Shown here in pieces: positions 36,301-50,085 of a stretch of DNA of 64,000 bases (the first letter of the stretch is position 1; each line of letters begins with the position of its first letter). Position numbers and translations under genes: made by a program. Source of the DNA: Sphyrna mokarran (lineage: Eukaryota). The DNA lies in contig JAGIQG010000007.1 in assembly GCA_024679065.1 (NCBI GenBank), positions 43,214,001 through 43,278,000 on the forward strand. The letters run 5' to 3'. The notes under the pieces were generated by a model. It saw nothing but the letters and a program-made list of their open reading frames with translations, was not told the DNA's origin and ran no database searches.

Positions 36301-37899
36301 AGTGGTCCGAGAATGAAAGGGAAACAAGCAAGCAGGGAAATTTGTACATTGGTGAATCCGCCCTCCAAGCTGGTGTGACATTTTGTAGAAAGACCTACCA
36401 TGAGATGAGGGGATCTTAATAACCATTCATCAATTGATCATTGGCTGATCATTGACTGCTATGTTATTCAGTTTATCAAGTCTTGCACAAAAGTCAGAAA
36501 AGGCTTCATTCAACTTTGTTAAAGCAAACTCTTAGAGTAAAATGCTTTATTTGAATTCATTTTGCCTTTTTATTATTATTCTCTTTCCTCTTTTGTTAAT
36601 GCAGCCTAACTTAAATGAGTCCTTTTATTTGGTGGTTTGAATATATGAAACTATTAATTCCTTTATGAAAGCCCAATGGGAAGCAGGAGCAGATGGGGTA
36701 GAAAACTATTTGGTTGCTTTCAATTTGTGTCAATGAGGTTTCAGTTCTTTAGAATTAACTCACTTAATACCTACTGTGTGAAGTCATGAATTCACAGTGT
36801 ATCAGATGCACGTTGGCAATTAGTGGCCAAAGAGTAGATAGCTGAAGTTGAGCTGTCCTGTAGAAAAGTCTTGACACAGCCTGTGTTATTGTTCCTGATG
36901 AAATTCTTGTGAAATGCATGTTAGGATTTTTTTGCTCTCATTGGGTAAACAGTTTTAGTAATTTTAATACCTTTATCTGTGCTGCTAATTTCTTAGTTAT
37001 TTAATAGTGTGCTGCTCATCTGATCTTCTATCTAAAGGTTTTGATTTGTACTAATATAGTTAATTACCATCCTAAAATCTGAATTAAAAGCTAGATCTTT
37101 TAATGTTTCCTGATTAGTTCCAATATGCTTTTTATTTATTTCCATTATTTAATTGACAGATTAAATCATCACTTGCAATATTTTCCTCACCCAGTGGCAA
37201 TATGTTTTGAGTTAGGATAGCCAAAACAATGATTAATATTTGAATTTAATTCAGTGATATAACATTTTTATTTCAAGGAGTATACAAATGACTTAGAACT
37301 GAATCCATTATTTATGCTATACATGTAATCCTTTGGTATTGTCTTGAATAAAAATATTTGCGTCAGAGAACATGGGTTTATCTTGTCATTATTAAAGATT
37401 GTTTTTAGGTGCCAGCGAATTATGTTTGCATTTCAGACAGCAGACGATGATTTTCCACCACCTAATATCAAGAGTAGTTAAAGTGAAGTGAATCGCATTG
37501 ATTGCAAATCACAGCCGCTTGGGTTAAACCAAATTGGGGGAGGCAGCCACATGTGTGGCACCTTTTCTGTAATTAAATAACCTAAAGATAAAGGCCTGAT
37601 GCAGCTGACGGTTACAGAAAACACTGGAGGAGTATCCGATGCATAAGCATCCTTGTCTTGTCATTCCTTTCACTGATAGACCACTAGGTGAGAATCCCTG
37701 AGGAATTGGTTCATGTTAATGTGGATCAATTTGAAGCCGCAATTACTGTTGTGAGGATATGGTCCTGGCACTTAGAAGAGCTGTTTCAAGAAGAAAGACA
37801 AAAAAAAAGAGTGAAATTGCTTGTTGTCTTAAATGCACATCTGTGGTATAATCCTTTGATAGCTGGTGTATGTTGGCGAAGAGCTGACAATTATTGCTG

Positions 37900-38751
37900 T
37901 TCATAACCCTTTGAGGTGCTCCTGACAACACTGGATTTTTTTTTCTTAAAGAGCTGCATTACATTAGGAAACAGCTTATTGGCTGCAGCACTGCTGTGAG
38001 TGTTTGTTAACTGACATCAGTTGTCAGAGAGCCATGGATTGATCCATATGTGAACAGAGCATATTCATAGCTCTCAAAAAAAGGTCAGTTTTTCCTGTGT
38101 TCCCACATGGATTTCATCAGCGGTTTAAGGCGGCTACGGGGGAAAAAATGCATTTGCATTGACAGAGGCTGATTGCTGGGGGATCTGCATTCAGACACAT
38201 GTGAATCATATGCTGTAAGGAAAGCAGAAGGAATGCTACAAGCAGCGTAGTGGAAGGATTGCAAAGACTGGGGACAAACAAATCAAAGAAGGAAACGTTT
38301 ACATTTCCGTTTTTGTAAGAAACGACACAGCTTATTTGAGGACTTCACAGCAATATATCCCTGTGTCCGACGTCTTCCGTGCCCTCTCCTGCGTTGGAGC
38401 TAGTAAGAAAGGTACAGTAAAAGAAGTCAGATGAGGGTCTCGGGCAGAGATAATTTGTGCATACATCCATGTCATTGTTCTGCCTGAAGAGATTGGGCTT
38501 GGTTCAAGGCCACATGTGCTCCTGTCATCATTCACATTTCTGCTCCAAGTACAATTCGGAGTGTCAGCTCTCCATCTGTCTCTGCCTGGCAAAAGCACGC
38601 ACCCAGTTTCCTGCCTCTAGGTAGGGTGCCGCAGCAAGCCTTATGGCTGTCTGTTTTTTTTCTGATCATTCCAGAGCAGGAGACAGTAGGTCTGCTGACT
38701 CCAGTTTTGCATTTTTTTTAAAGAGGGTAGAGGTGTGTAGCTCATTCAGTA
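37900..38751 (+). promoter_or_regulatory. Putative proximal RUNX1T1 promoter and 5' UTR of the MTG8a-type exon
   Basis: Repeat-free, GC-elevated block directly upstream of ATG CCA G|gtgagt. The TSS cannot be determined from sequence. Confidence 0.5.
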
Positions 38752-38758
38752 ATGCCAG
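38752..38758 (+). CDS. RUNX1T1: RUNX1T1 exon 1a coding part (MP-D; MTG8a-type N-terminus)
   Basis: ATG CCA G with a strong donor gtgagt (38759) and an in-frame TAA upstream (38719). Splicing to 47291 gives [10 protein letters not shown], as in MTG8a MPDRTEKHST. Confidence 0.85.
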
Positions 38759-41170
38759 GTGAGTCTTACAGAGGTGACCTGTTCACTAATCATATTTAAT
38801 ATTGACAAGCTATTTTATCCTAGTTGTTGTCAACCTCAAAGTGATATTATAACTATTTATTGACTTGATGATAGCGTCTTGTTTTGTGTGCAACGTGTCA
38901 CATTTTATTAGTCATACAGTGTGTAATAACTGTTAAGCCATGTGACTGATAGTGTTATATTATCTTATTCTTAAGATAAAATATGTATCAGGAGAGACCA
39001 AAAGCGCACAGCTGTCTGTTTGTAGATAATTTGATTATATGTCCAGAAATGGTTGCAGTTTAAAGGAGAGTACACTTTGCAGATGGTGTTTTGAAATTGT
39101 ATCTGCTTGCTTGTACTGCTGTGTATAGGTATTGCCAGTTGTTGAAGAAGATTTTTCTTAAGGGAGTTGTTGTGTGGTCTTAGTCAACCAACAGGGCAGT
39201 TTTGTTCATTTTGCAAAACTATTGAATTCTACATTACATCTGTACCATCACTTATTTATCCTGTTCATTTTTTAAAATACATTTTTGTTAATAGATTTCA
39301 GGCTGCAGTTGTACACCTGAGTACGTTCTTATTGTTTTCCTGGTGATACGTTAAAGCTAGTGTGCTATACTGTACTGTCAACCTTTGTAATGTGGTGCAT
39401 GATAACAGATGTGTGCAACCACAAGCATGTGCAGGATTTAATCCATTTGAGCATATCTGACACTTGGCTATTTTTCTTGACACCCATCTGTACTCTAGTC
39501 TGTTAGGATGGTCTTCTCAATCTGCCCATGGTGTTGTACTTGGCCTTTCTTTTGCACTGAGGATAAGATTTGTACAATCATAACTTTAAAAAAAACACAG
39601 TAATTGGGGTCATAAACTCTAGCTGCACTACTGTTAATTTAAAAATCTTTTGTAACTACTCTAAATGTTTGCTAAAGCTCAGATGATTAAGGCAATTTTG
39701 TAACTCTGTACCTGCTTAGCCGAGGAACTTCTTTTAAATCCAACGTGGACATATCACGAGTAGGTTTGATTGTAACAGTGTGTTTTCTATGCTGTTTTTA
39801 AAATCAAATTGCATAACTTTTAACCAATAAGTCTGCGTGCTTGATGCTGTACTTTGGTAACAAAATGGCCATAACCACCCCAGAATGTTCCTTTTCCATA
39901 TTCTTCACTGTTAAAACAAAATCTCTAGCTCATATTATCATTCGTAGTGCATAATATAAAAAAGTAAAATGTTGAGTATGACAGCATGTGAAAATTGTTT
40001 TTTAACAAAGATAACTACAGCAAATACAAAAAAGTGAACAAACTAATATTTTATTTTAAAATATTAAAAACCACACTTCCTGCATTAATATGGGCAGGGC
40101 TTTCATTTGGCCTCATTTATGTTTGTGTTTCTGCTAACACTTCAAATGCATGACAAGTTATAGAATGTTGTTGGTGTAAACAAGTATTTGTGTTGACCTC
40201 TGTCTTTTGAGAGTTACGTTACTTTGTTTAAATTGTTTGTGTGTAAATAGAGTGTGTATTGGTGTGTATATCAGTACAGGATGTATTGAAGTATGGATTT
40301 AGATATAGTTTTCCCATAAATATACAGACAGTAAACTGTGTGTTCCATCAGGCCATTGTGTATATGAGAGTGTTCAGTGAGAGGCTACTATAGTGTACTA
40401 TTTCACAAAGCAAATCTTGTGAACCCTGTACAGTACTTCCAAAGAACAGATGCAGGCTTATAAATACAGAACCATTAATGCATCTGGCATTGCTCAGGGT
40501 CATTTCCGTGAAAGGCCATCAGTGATCATGGTCATTGTAGTACAAAATGATACTGTTCTGTTAGAAATGGCCTGGCATTAGGTCAGACCACCCTCTTAAC
40601 TTCTGCTGTCCAGATGTGGCCACAGCTCTTTTTCTTTACATTTCAAAAATTGGTTCTGTTTTCAGAATCTGGTTCTACTTAGGACATCTCCATCCTGGGG
40701 CGCATTTCATAAATTGTCCACATATTTTTCTTAGCAGAGAACTTAACTGGCTGTAATTTTTAACACATGGCTATGTCATGTGATATTTTCAAAACACTTG
40801 CAGACAGCACTGTGCAAGTCCCAGTAGAAATAAACAGCCATTCTGCCGCCAGTCTTTTTTTAAATAAGTATAGAAGACTTACCTGCATTTTATTTGCAGA
40901 TTAAACTTTACTTTAATATATATTTCTATGGCACAGCTTGAAATAGCCTGAAAATAAGCATCCTGGATTTTTGATTAAATTCAATGAAGACTTCTTAAAA
41001 ATCAGTACACATATTTAAAGTTATAGGAAAAGTGAAATACTTATTGTGCTTTGACCATTACCAACAAGCAGCAGATCATGCTTTGTTCTCTAAGGTGTCC
41101 AATCTGTTTTCTGGAGGGCATGTCAGATTGTTCATTATTTCTGCAAGATGGCAGAAATCCATATTCTTTT

Positions 41171-41495
41171 CATAGAATCGTAGAATCCCTACAGTGCAGG
41201 GGAAAGTCATTCAGCCCATCAAGCTTACACCGACAACAGTCCCACCCAGGCTCTCTCCCCATAATGTCATGTATTTACCCTGATAGTCCCCATGACACTT
41301 TCGGACAATTTTAGCATAGCCCATCCACCTAACCTGCACGTCTTTCGGCTTGTGGGAAGAAACCGGAGTCCCTGGAGGAAACCTATGCAGACACAGAGAG
41401 AATGTGCAAACTGCACTCAGACAGTGACCCAAGCCAGGAATTGAACCCGTGCCCCAGTGTTGTGAGGCGACTGTGCTAACCACTCTGCCACCATG
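41171..41495 (-). mobile_element. HE1-type SINE, full length
   Basis: Reverse-complement tail catagaatcgtagaatcc, V-domain, and head ..gctaaccactctgccaccatgc. Confidence 0.9.
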
Positions 41496-44400
41496 CTTAT
41501 TTCCGTAAAAATGCTTTCACATAAGATTAGTTATGGTTCAGTCTTATAGTTTAGAGGTTGGCTCAGGTTCCCGCTAATGATTTGGGGATTGATCTGTCGA
41601 CTTTGTCTTAAAAAATAAAGTGCTTGAATAATACCAGTCACCCCGAAACACAAACTAAAACATTAGCCGTTTGTTTATAAGAGGATGACTAATCTAATGA
41701 ACCAAATGATTTTCATATTACGGGTCTAGAGACCTCATATGCTGTGGCAGCTTTGTTGCAGCAGCATCCTGAAGAGTCGTCTACCACAGAGTCATGTGGG
41801 TCACATATGGCTTCTCCAGACAAGCTGCATCCTACTATGGGCAAAGAGTACAAAATATGAAACACTTAGTTTTGAAAAATCTAAGGAAGTGCTCTGATAA
41901 ATTTAGAAATTAGGAATGCTTTTTATAACCTGCACACCATCACCATTTAGGGATTAAATTCATGTTTTGTTTACTTTTTCTGCAAAATATCCTAAGCATG
42001 CACTTTTTTTTTGCTTTTTGCCTAAATATTGCCTTGTGGCTTCATGCATTTCGTTTTATGTTGCAGTATTGTAATTCGGAGCTTGGCTTTCTGTAGCTAT
42101 TCCACGATAGGCACAGAAATCCACTGAAGACAGCTTAAGAATTGTTATTCAAAGGTTAATGTACAGTATACTGCTGCTATGCTATTAAAAATTCAGCTTG
42201 ACTCATGTAAATGTAACAAACAAATAGGGAATATATTTCTCCGCTGCAATGAATTTTAAAACAGGAGCACAGAACTCAGTAAAAGGTGGTGTCTACTTCA
42301 CATTTCCAAAATACAATTAGCAGTATAGTCTTAGGGAAAGAATGCTGCCACCATTTTCGTTGGATTTAAATTAAAAGGCCTTTGACCTTGTCTTTAAAAC
42401 AATATCTGAGCAAGCTTTTGTGCTACACCAATTGGTAGCTTTCCCGCAGGCACCGTGCACATAGCCTGCTGCAGTCCCACAGCCCTCACCTTATTTAATA
42501 TAATGGAATAAAACTACTTTTGGAACCACCTGGTACAGATGAGGCAACCCGGGGGATGTGTACTTCTGGGATTGAGGAGCCGAATGCTAAGAAATGTGAA
42601 AAATCTAAGGGGACAACTGGGGGATTGCAGAAAAAAAACAGTACAGGGACACTAATACATCTTCCTGACAAGCAGAGGTTTGATGGGACATGTACTGCAC
42701 ACTGTTCCATCTGGTGCTTATGATTGCATGGCATATTAGCATGCTGCAAGTTCATAATGTATTCAAGGCGAGAAGCCATCCCCCGCATACCAAGTGAGCT
42801 CTCCTTCCCAAGACTGCCTTTGAATCTTGATGATCGTGTCTTGCATGTTCCACCTGTGTACTACAGGACGAGATTTTTTTTACACACCACAAGAGACGTG
42901 CACCCCATGCATCTGCTGCAGTGGTGGATCTGCTTATTTATGTAAACACACAAGTTGGATTGTAATCAAACTTACCAGTGGCTTATTAGAATCGTAAACC
43001 AATTCTCCCATCCAACCTCTAATTACAGAGATAATTGCTATCAAACAGCGTGAGTTAAGGGGTTGGGTCACAAGTGCAGACATATTCAGCATTGGTTACA
43101 GAATCATCATCCCAAGCTTTTTGGCTCACAGGAAGATTTTCACTGCACTCTCAGACATTCATTTTGAAGAGACCTCAATCTACCACAGTGCGTGGGATTT
43201 GGGCGTAACATGACATATTGGCTTTAAATTTCAGCATAAGTTTCATTTGCAATTGAGGACATTTCCAATTATCTCCCTTGGTTGGTGATAACATTTCTAA
43301 ACATCAACCTTCATTACTGTATGCTGCCTTTGTAATTAAGATGTACTGGTGCTTTGCTAAAGCAGGCTACTTGCCTGTTAAATTCAGAGAAATATGTAGG
43401 AGTGAGTGTGGGTAATCTGAAATATTTCAGCAAACGTTTGCAAGATTCCTTAAATGTTTCAACCTATCACACATAAACTGTGAATATCTACTTTTGGAGA
43501 TACAATGCATACATCACTTCATGCATTAGAACACAGTATAATCCCTAGAAATTAGATCCCACCAAGCCAGCCTCTTGTATGAAGGAGCACGTTGTTTGAA
43601 GCAGACTGAATAATTAATAGAAACTGTGTGTAGTGAGGTAATTCCATTTGCTCCATATAGCATCATACATTTGAGGATTTTCACATGTTGGAGGTTGTTA
43701 GATAAAGGAATTTGGCAGTCATTTTCATACTGCTTCTATTTAAACAATTAAAAACTTGCAAGCTTGATTTACCTTTTCTGTCAGTGTCTTTTAATCAATT
43801 TAGATTCGGCCGTATGCCCTATCATCTCAAATGCAAATTATTTCACATTGCTCGCAAACTTTTGTTTCCATTCAAGCTTTGACGTGCAGCCTTTAATTTG
43901 AAATTAATGGGCATAACAGGTTAACTTTTAAAAAGAGAAATACCATACTTCCACTTCCAAGAAGTGATCCCATCTTCTAGAGGGAGAGAGCGAAGTTAAA
44001 TCAACATCCCAATGATAATGCTTTTAAACTCTGAGTAAAGAATTGTAGAAAATGTTGCTATTTTGAGGTGCAAAGGTTATTTGGTACACTTAAACTGTGC
44101 CTTTGCAAAACAAAAATCATCATTTCAGCCTGACTGCTACCCAGAACATATGGAACTGATTTACAAATACTCAAACCATATTTTCTGAGTTTACATCAAG
44201 TCACCAACTTTACTAGAGACTTGCTTTTTTTTGGATATGGATTAGAACTGGCCCATTACTTCAACATTATCTCCATCATGAATTGATTGCGCTAAACAGC
44301 ACTGAATGAGTTGCAGATGGTGGCATTACATTTAATTTGGAGGACCTCTCGGCTCTGGCTCCATCTGATCCAGGCAGGTTGGCTGTGCATGAAACCTTCT

Positions 44401-44895
44401 GGCTGACACCAAACTGTCAGCACAGTAGAAGCATGTGTCTGCCGGGTTGGGGAGGCAGTTTTAATCCTCAGCAGAGCTGTGCTGCAGATGGAGATGCTTG
44501 GGTGACTATTTTGGATAGCTTTCAAGATTTTGTAAGGAAGTTCTGTATTAGGACTAATTGTGTGTGCTAAAGTGTGGAGATACACAGAAGTAACATGATT
44601 TCAGATTTATAATTACAGTTTATGCTTCAGTACTTGTAGAACGCTGTGATATTTAAGCATGAGGGATATGAGGCTCCTTGTATAAGTAACAGATTAATTC
44701 CACAGGCTTCTCTCCCATGTGTTTTGGAGCTGGTTATCTGGACAGTCTTTTTAACAGTACAGCGTGAGTGTTAGCAGAATGGAAACCAGATGGGCTAGCA
44801 GTTCCCACTGTTATCTCCCAACCAGCCCTGGCAAGCTGACTGCCCCAGCATGTCAGGAATATTTTCCTTTTTATTAGGAGAGCCTGAATTCACTG

Positions 44896-44925
<30 letters not shown>
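44896..44925. repeat. (CT)n microsatellite
   Basis: ctctctctctctctctctctgtctctct. Confidence 0.9.
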
Positions 44926-44926
<1 letters not shown>

Positions 44927-45929
44927 CTGTAACATGTGGTTTTTAATCTTGGGCTTTGGAACTATAAAATATTTATTCTGTATGACTGTAATCTCTTGAG
45001 GTACCAAGGTGAAAAGACAGGGTGCACTGCTGAGCAGTAAGGCTGGAAAACGCCATCATATTGGCAAGCTAATTGGGTCTCAAATGTTAAATTCGTCATG
45101 GTCTTTTGAACACAGCAAAACCTGTAAGTATTAACTGGCATTAAGAACAAAATCTAGCAGATAATGAAGTGGCAAGTACGAAGATAACCATTTTTTAAAT
45201 TTCACAATCTTAAACTTCTGTTAAAGCTATGGTAACAAAAAAAAAGAAAAATTCTGGAAAAGTAAAGCTCTGGATAAATGTTGATGGTACAATCCTTATA
45301 TAGTTTCATTACATTGATGTGGATTTTTAAAAAAAGTATTTTCAGTTAAAGTTACATTAAAAGTAACCTGATGTCGTGGCCTGTACATTACTGATTTGAA
45401 TACTGGTGGCAATTTCCCTATTCTTAAGCTTTGCTTAGATTCCAGTAAAGTGGTGAAGTGTGTGGCCAATGAATTGCTGGAATAAGCATCAATCAAATAA
45501 CATTTTACAGTAATTATACCATGTGCAGGCATCTATTTAATTTTAATTAGCTACGAGCTGTCCTACAAGATAGTAAGAAGTGTTATATTTCATACAAAAT
45601 ATTTATTTTTAAGGTAATGTAGGTATGTGTTATATATGTGATGTAAATTATAGATCAGAAATAACATTGTACATAAAATGCATAATACAAGAGGCCTTAA
45701 TCATAGCCTCAGTTTTCACTTGGACTCATTTAAGGTCAAGATCTTGGCTGGCCTCCATTCTTTCCACAGTTGAGTCTGATAGAAAACTATCCAGTTTTCT
45801 TGCTAGGGTAAAGTAGAACGACTGATTTGAGTTCTGGATTCGAGAAAGCCCAGATAAGGACGAGAAGGCTAAGAAAAAGAATAACAGAGGATGCAAAATA
45901 TGGGGGAATAATTTATGCAGAAGAGGTGT

Positions 45930-46315
45930 GATAGAAACATCGATGATGGGTGCAGGAATGAGCCATTCAGCCCTTCGAACCTGCATCACCATTTTAAATA
46001 AACAAGGCTGATCATGCATATTCGGTATTCCACTCTGACTTTCTCTCCAGACCCCTTCATCCTTTTAGCCACAAGGAGTCCAGCTCCTTCTTGAATGTAT
46101 CTAACGAACTGGCCCCAACAGCTTTGTGTGATAGAGAATTCCACAAGTTCTCAGTTCCCTGAGTGAAGAAGTTCTTCCTTATCTTAGTCCTCAATGGCTT
46201 ACTCCTTATTCTTAGAATATGACCTCTAATTCTGGAGTTAGCCAACATCGGGAACATTCTTCCTACATCTAACATGTCCAGTCCTATCAGGATTTTATAT
46301 GTTTCTATGAGAATG
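45930..46315 (-). mobile_element. CR1-type LINE 3' fragment
   Basis: LIETYKILIGLD..GRMFPML..SRIRGH.LRI..RKNFFTQ..NLWNSL (46057-46326) plus a 3' tail. Confidence 0.9.
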
Positions 46316-47290
46316 CATAAATACACTGGAAGGAACAGTCAAGGTGTGTTGGTTGCTGCAAGATCTTCTGGTGCTTATCCTGATTAAAATCTTAACTCAG
46401 TCCTTTAAGTATTTGAGCAGTAACAAGGTATGAAAAGCTTTCTTTTAACTGTATCACATTTATAGATTTCTATTAACATTTGAAAATTGAAGTATGATAT
46501 TTAACTAGAGAGAAGATAAAAAGTGTTCCATGTTGGAACTGTTGATAGAAAAAGTGCAAGAATTAACTGTGACTTGTTAAAGTAGCTCTGATTAAATAAG
46601 ACATGTATTCATCTGCAGTAAATTACTGAGCATATACAGCATTTAATAGTTGTCAGAATCAACCTTATATTCAGCAATTGTTTTTCATTTTACTCAATAA
46701 CATATTTAGAATTGGCTTTGCATTTTATTTTAATATGATTTTGAAACTATCATGCTTCTTTTTCAGTGTCCAAAAGCCTTGAGTTTCCAGATTGCTGCTT
46801 ATGCAGTTATTTAACACATGTACCTTCGTTGCCAAAACAAAACTAGGAGGCATCAGGTGTTGTCTCGGAGATAGCATGTACTTGGTTGACACTGTGCCAG
46901 TGTCTTACCTGTGCAGCAGGCTATTCAGACATTTATCTTCAGAGTCATCACTACATTACTTTTTCTCTTATACTTACGTGAATTTGAATTGTTAGCTAGA
47001 AGAAACTATTGATATGAAATTTAGATCATGCTTTGGACTAAGAAAGCATCTTTACGTTTTTTTGAGGACAAAACGGCAATCTCTCCACATTACTAATGAG
47101 ATAACACCATCTGCAACATAGCTCGTTACAATTGTTTTTGATCAGGGAATAACTAAACCAAGGAAATTTCTATTTTTGGCCACTAGAATTGCCCTTTTTG
47201 AAGTGGAATGATAGATTTGACAGTTTCCTGAGTAACCGGAACCCTGTGGAAGAAAATGAATAACTCCAATCCTTTTTTTTGCTCTTACAG

Positions 47291-47428
47291 ATCGCACTGA
47301 GAAGCGCTCCACAATGCCAGACTCTCCTGCAGATGTAAAAACACAATCCAGGTTGACGCCTCCAACGATGCCACCTCCTCCAACCAATCAAGGAGCACCT
47401 CGAACTAGCTCATTCACACCAACAACAT
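47291..47428 (+). CDS. RUNX1T1: RUNX1T1 exon 2 (138 nt; [45 protein letters not shown])
   Basis: Polypyrimidine-ttacag acceptor and gtaatt donor, phase 1/1. The peptide is nearly identical to the human ETO N-terminus. Confidence 0.97.
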
Positions 47429-48201
47429 GTAATTAGAAATATTGCACTTTAAGTTTAGTTTTGGCGTGTTTGTCTATTTTAATTTTTATTATTCTGCAAA
47501 AAAAAAGAAAGTTTTGTACTGTATAGGAAAAGGGGAAAGAAGAGAGAGACAGAGAGACATTACCTGCTGGTATTAGAATGCAGGTTGTGTGTGCACTAGG
47601 TGTGAGATGCCTAGAGGGTGCTGTACCATTAAGTTAAGTGGCCTCTCAGGGACTCCTGATGTAACGATAGTGTTAAATTAATCTGAGCAACTAAAACTCT
47701 TTTGAATTAAATTCTGTTGCGGTTTTGGGGTTAAATTTATTTATTTTAATCCCTGTGATGCTTTAACCCTGACGGTCTCACTGGAGCTCTTCTGGCAGGT
47801 GCTCAGATAAATATAACCTTCGTACTTGGCTTAGTATTGGATCTGTACACCTGTTTTACTTTAGACTGACAATGCTATTTTCAGATGTTTCCATGCTGAA
47901 TGTGTCCTCCCCAGTAAAAGCAAAGTAGAATTCAGCCTGTGCTTACTCAGTTGTGACTAACGTATAGTAGAATTCTTGCTCCAGAACTTCTCTTTGCTGT
48001 AGACTTAACTAAGACATGCTACAGAGCACACAGTTGTTGCTGGCATGTTTAACCTATGGTGGAAGAAACCTTCATTGTCATTGTCTGCAAGGTTATTGCT
48101 TTTAAAGCTTGGTTTCTTTGTATCTGTTGTGTGTATTGAGTGGAGCAGTCTATTCTGAACAGCCACAGGCCTAACATTTATTTTTACTCCTCTTGTTGCA
48201 G

Positions 48202-48443
48202 TAACAAATGGTAGCAGTCACTCGCCCACTGCACTGAATGGGGCACCGTCTCCTCCAAACGGCTTTAGTAATGGAACCTCTTCTTCTTCCTCTTCCTCGC
48301 TGGCAAATCAGCAGCTACCGCCAGCCTGCGGTGCTCGGCAGCTCAGCAAGCTGAAGAGATTTCTAACGACCTTGCAACAGTTTGGTAATGACATTTCACC
48401 AGAAATCGGGGAGCGCGTACGAACCTTGGTGCTTGGGTTAGTG
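48202..48443 (+). CDS. RUNX1T1: RUNX1T1 exon 3 (242 nt; [24 protein letters not shown]...[37 protein letters not shown]), start of NHR1/TAFH
   Basis: ttgcag acceptor and gtaagt donor, phase 1/0. The [20 protein letters not shown] residues favour RUNX1T1 over CBFA2T2/CBFA2T3. Confidence 0.97.
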
Positions 48444-48767
48444 GTAAGTAGGCAAGGCAAGCTCTTTGCACCGCATAGCACATTGGGATCTGTTCATAAG
48501 AAGTCAGCTCTCTGGTTATTGCACTTTCACTGGCATCTAACTGTTGCAAAGTTGTCTTAATGTTTTGATTAAACTGTTGTGCGTGATTCAGAATCATTTT
48601 TGTACCAAAAATATAAGGCATTAAATCTCCAGCTCAGTATCAAAATGGGCACTGTGAAGGGGAGAATACATACCTCGTGGTGTAAGTGACATTAGATTGC
48701 ATACACCACACCATAAGCTGTTTTATTTATAGCCGGCCATCGTAATGATCTGACTGAGAGACGTGAG

Positions 48768-49765
48768 GCTGGATTTTCAGTGTTCATGACCCCTGTTGGC
48801 TTTTAAAAATGGTGGGCAAGACTCAAAAGGGGAAGTCCTGTCTATATTTCATGATGGATCTGATTTTTTCTGGGTGGAGCATGATTCACGTAGAGGAAAA
48901 ATCTGAATTCAATCAGCAGGGCCATTTGAAATCAGTGCTGATTTCCAGCAGTTACTATTTTGACTGTGCCAAGGATCTTAACCTGGGAGTCACGAGTTAA
49001 TGCTTTTTTTGAAGGGTAGGTAAAATCTGGCTAAGTATCATGCGCTCAAGTTTTTTAAATCTCCTGCTCTTTTAACTTGAGAAGAACCCCAATAGGCATA
49101 AGCTGTCAGTGAGAATGTTAAATAAAAGTCATTTGATGGTTTGATTGACAGGCCATCAAGTTAGGAAAGAACCTGATCACCACTTCCACAGTTATAATAG
49201 AGATACTTGTTGACATTTCCCAAAGGTTTTTATGTTGTTGTGAAATTTTTGAAGAGTTTCAAAAGCTACAGTTATCACAGCAAGGGGTTCTGAGTTCATA
49301 ATTTGATAGTTTAAATAGGTTATTTAAGGATTTGAAAACTTTGAGGCTACTAACCAAATTAACCACTTGAGGAGATTTAAAAGGTTTGAATGGATTTCAT
49401 GAATGGAGATTTTAGCAGTATGTATGTTTAAGCGAGTTTATTTTTCTCACTTCCACATGGTACTGAGGTGTGTCAATGGTGAATATTGGGTGAATGGCTA
49501 TGGAGGTGGCATGGGAGTGAGCAGAGGACAGGAGTTAACATGGGTGGGAGGGCAATTATGAAAAAACACAGGTGGTTGAGGGTGTGTGAGGAATAGAGGG
49601 CCAAAAGGTTGTAAAACAACTGAAACAACAACCTGGAGAACTGAAGTGGGCTTTCTATGCAACTCTCGGCACTCACCCACCTCTGTGGCCACCAATCATG
49701 CCCTTTTGAGGTTCGTGGGTCCAACTTTATCCCATACCTGCCTCACTGAGGCAAAAATTGAGTCT
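48768..49765. mobile_element. Non-autonomous TIR element (degenerate)
   Basis: Starts ggctggattttc and ends ..gcaaaaattgagtc; same TIR style as the others. Confidence 0.4.
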
Positions 49766-49769
49766 GTAG

Positions 49770-50085
49770 GGTAGCACAGTGGCACAGTTGTTAGCATTGC
49801 TGCATTAGAGCACCAAGGACAGCTGTTCGATTCCCAGCTTGGGTCACTGTCTGTATGAAGTTTGCATGTTCTCCCAGTGTCTGTGTGGGTTTCCTGTGGG
49901 CGCTCCAGTTTCCTTCCACATTAAAAGATGTTGGTTTAGGTGGATTGACCATGCTAAATTGCCCTTTAGTTTCGGGGAACTACCTATGGTAAATGCATGG
50001 GGTTGTCAGAACAGGCCCTGGGTGGAATTGTGGTCGGTGTAGACTGGATGGGCCAAAAGGCCTCCTTCTGCACTGTGTGAATCTA
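49770..50085 (+). mobile_element. HE1-type SINE, full length
   Basis: Head gtggcacagttgttagcattgctgc..gttcgattcc, V-domain, and tail ggcctccttctgcactgt. Confidence 0.9.

Noticed and set aside
36895-36920. CTGATGA..GAAA hammerhead-like spacing
   Set aside because: The intervening sequence cannot form stem II, and there is no stem I.
16000-38000. Homolog of the human MTG8b exon (MISVKRNTW..)
   Set aside because: I saw no matching peptide with a donor by eye. It may be absent or too diverged.
38675-38758. 84-nt in-frame cassette use of exon 1a via the acceptor ttccag at 38674
   Set aside because: An in-frame TAA at 38719 blocks read-through, and there is no evidence that the acceptor is used.
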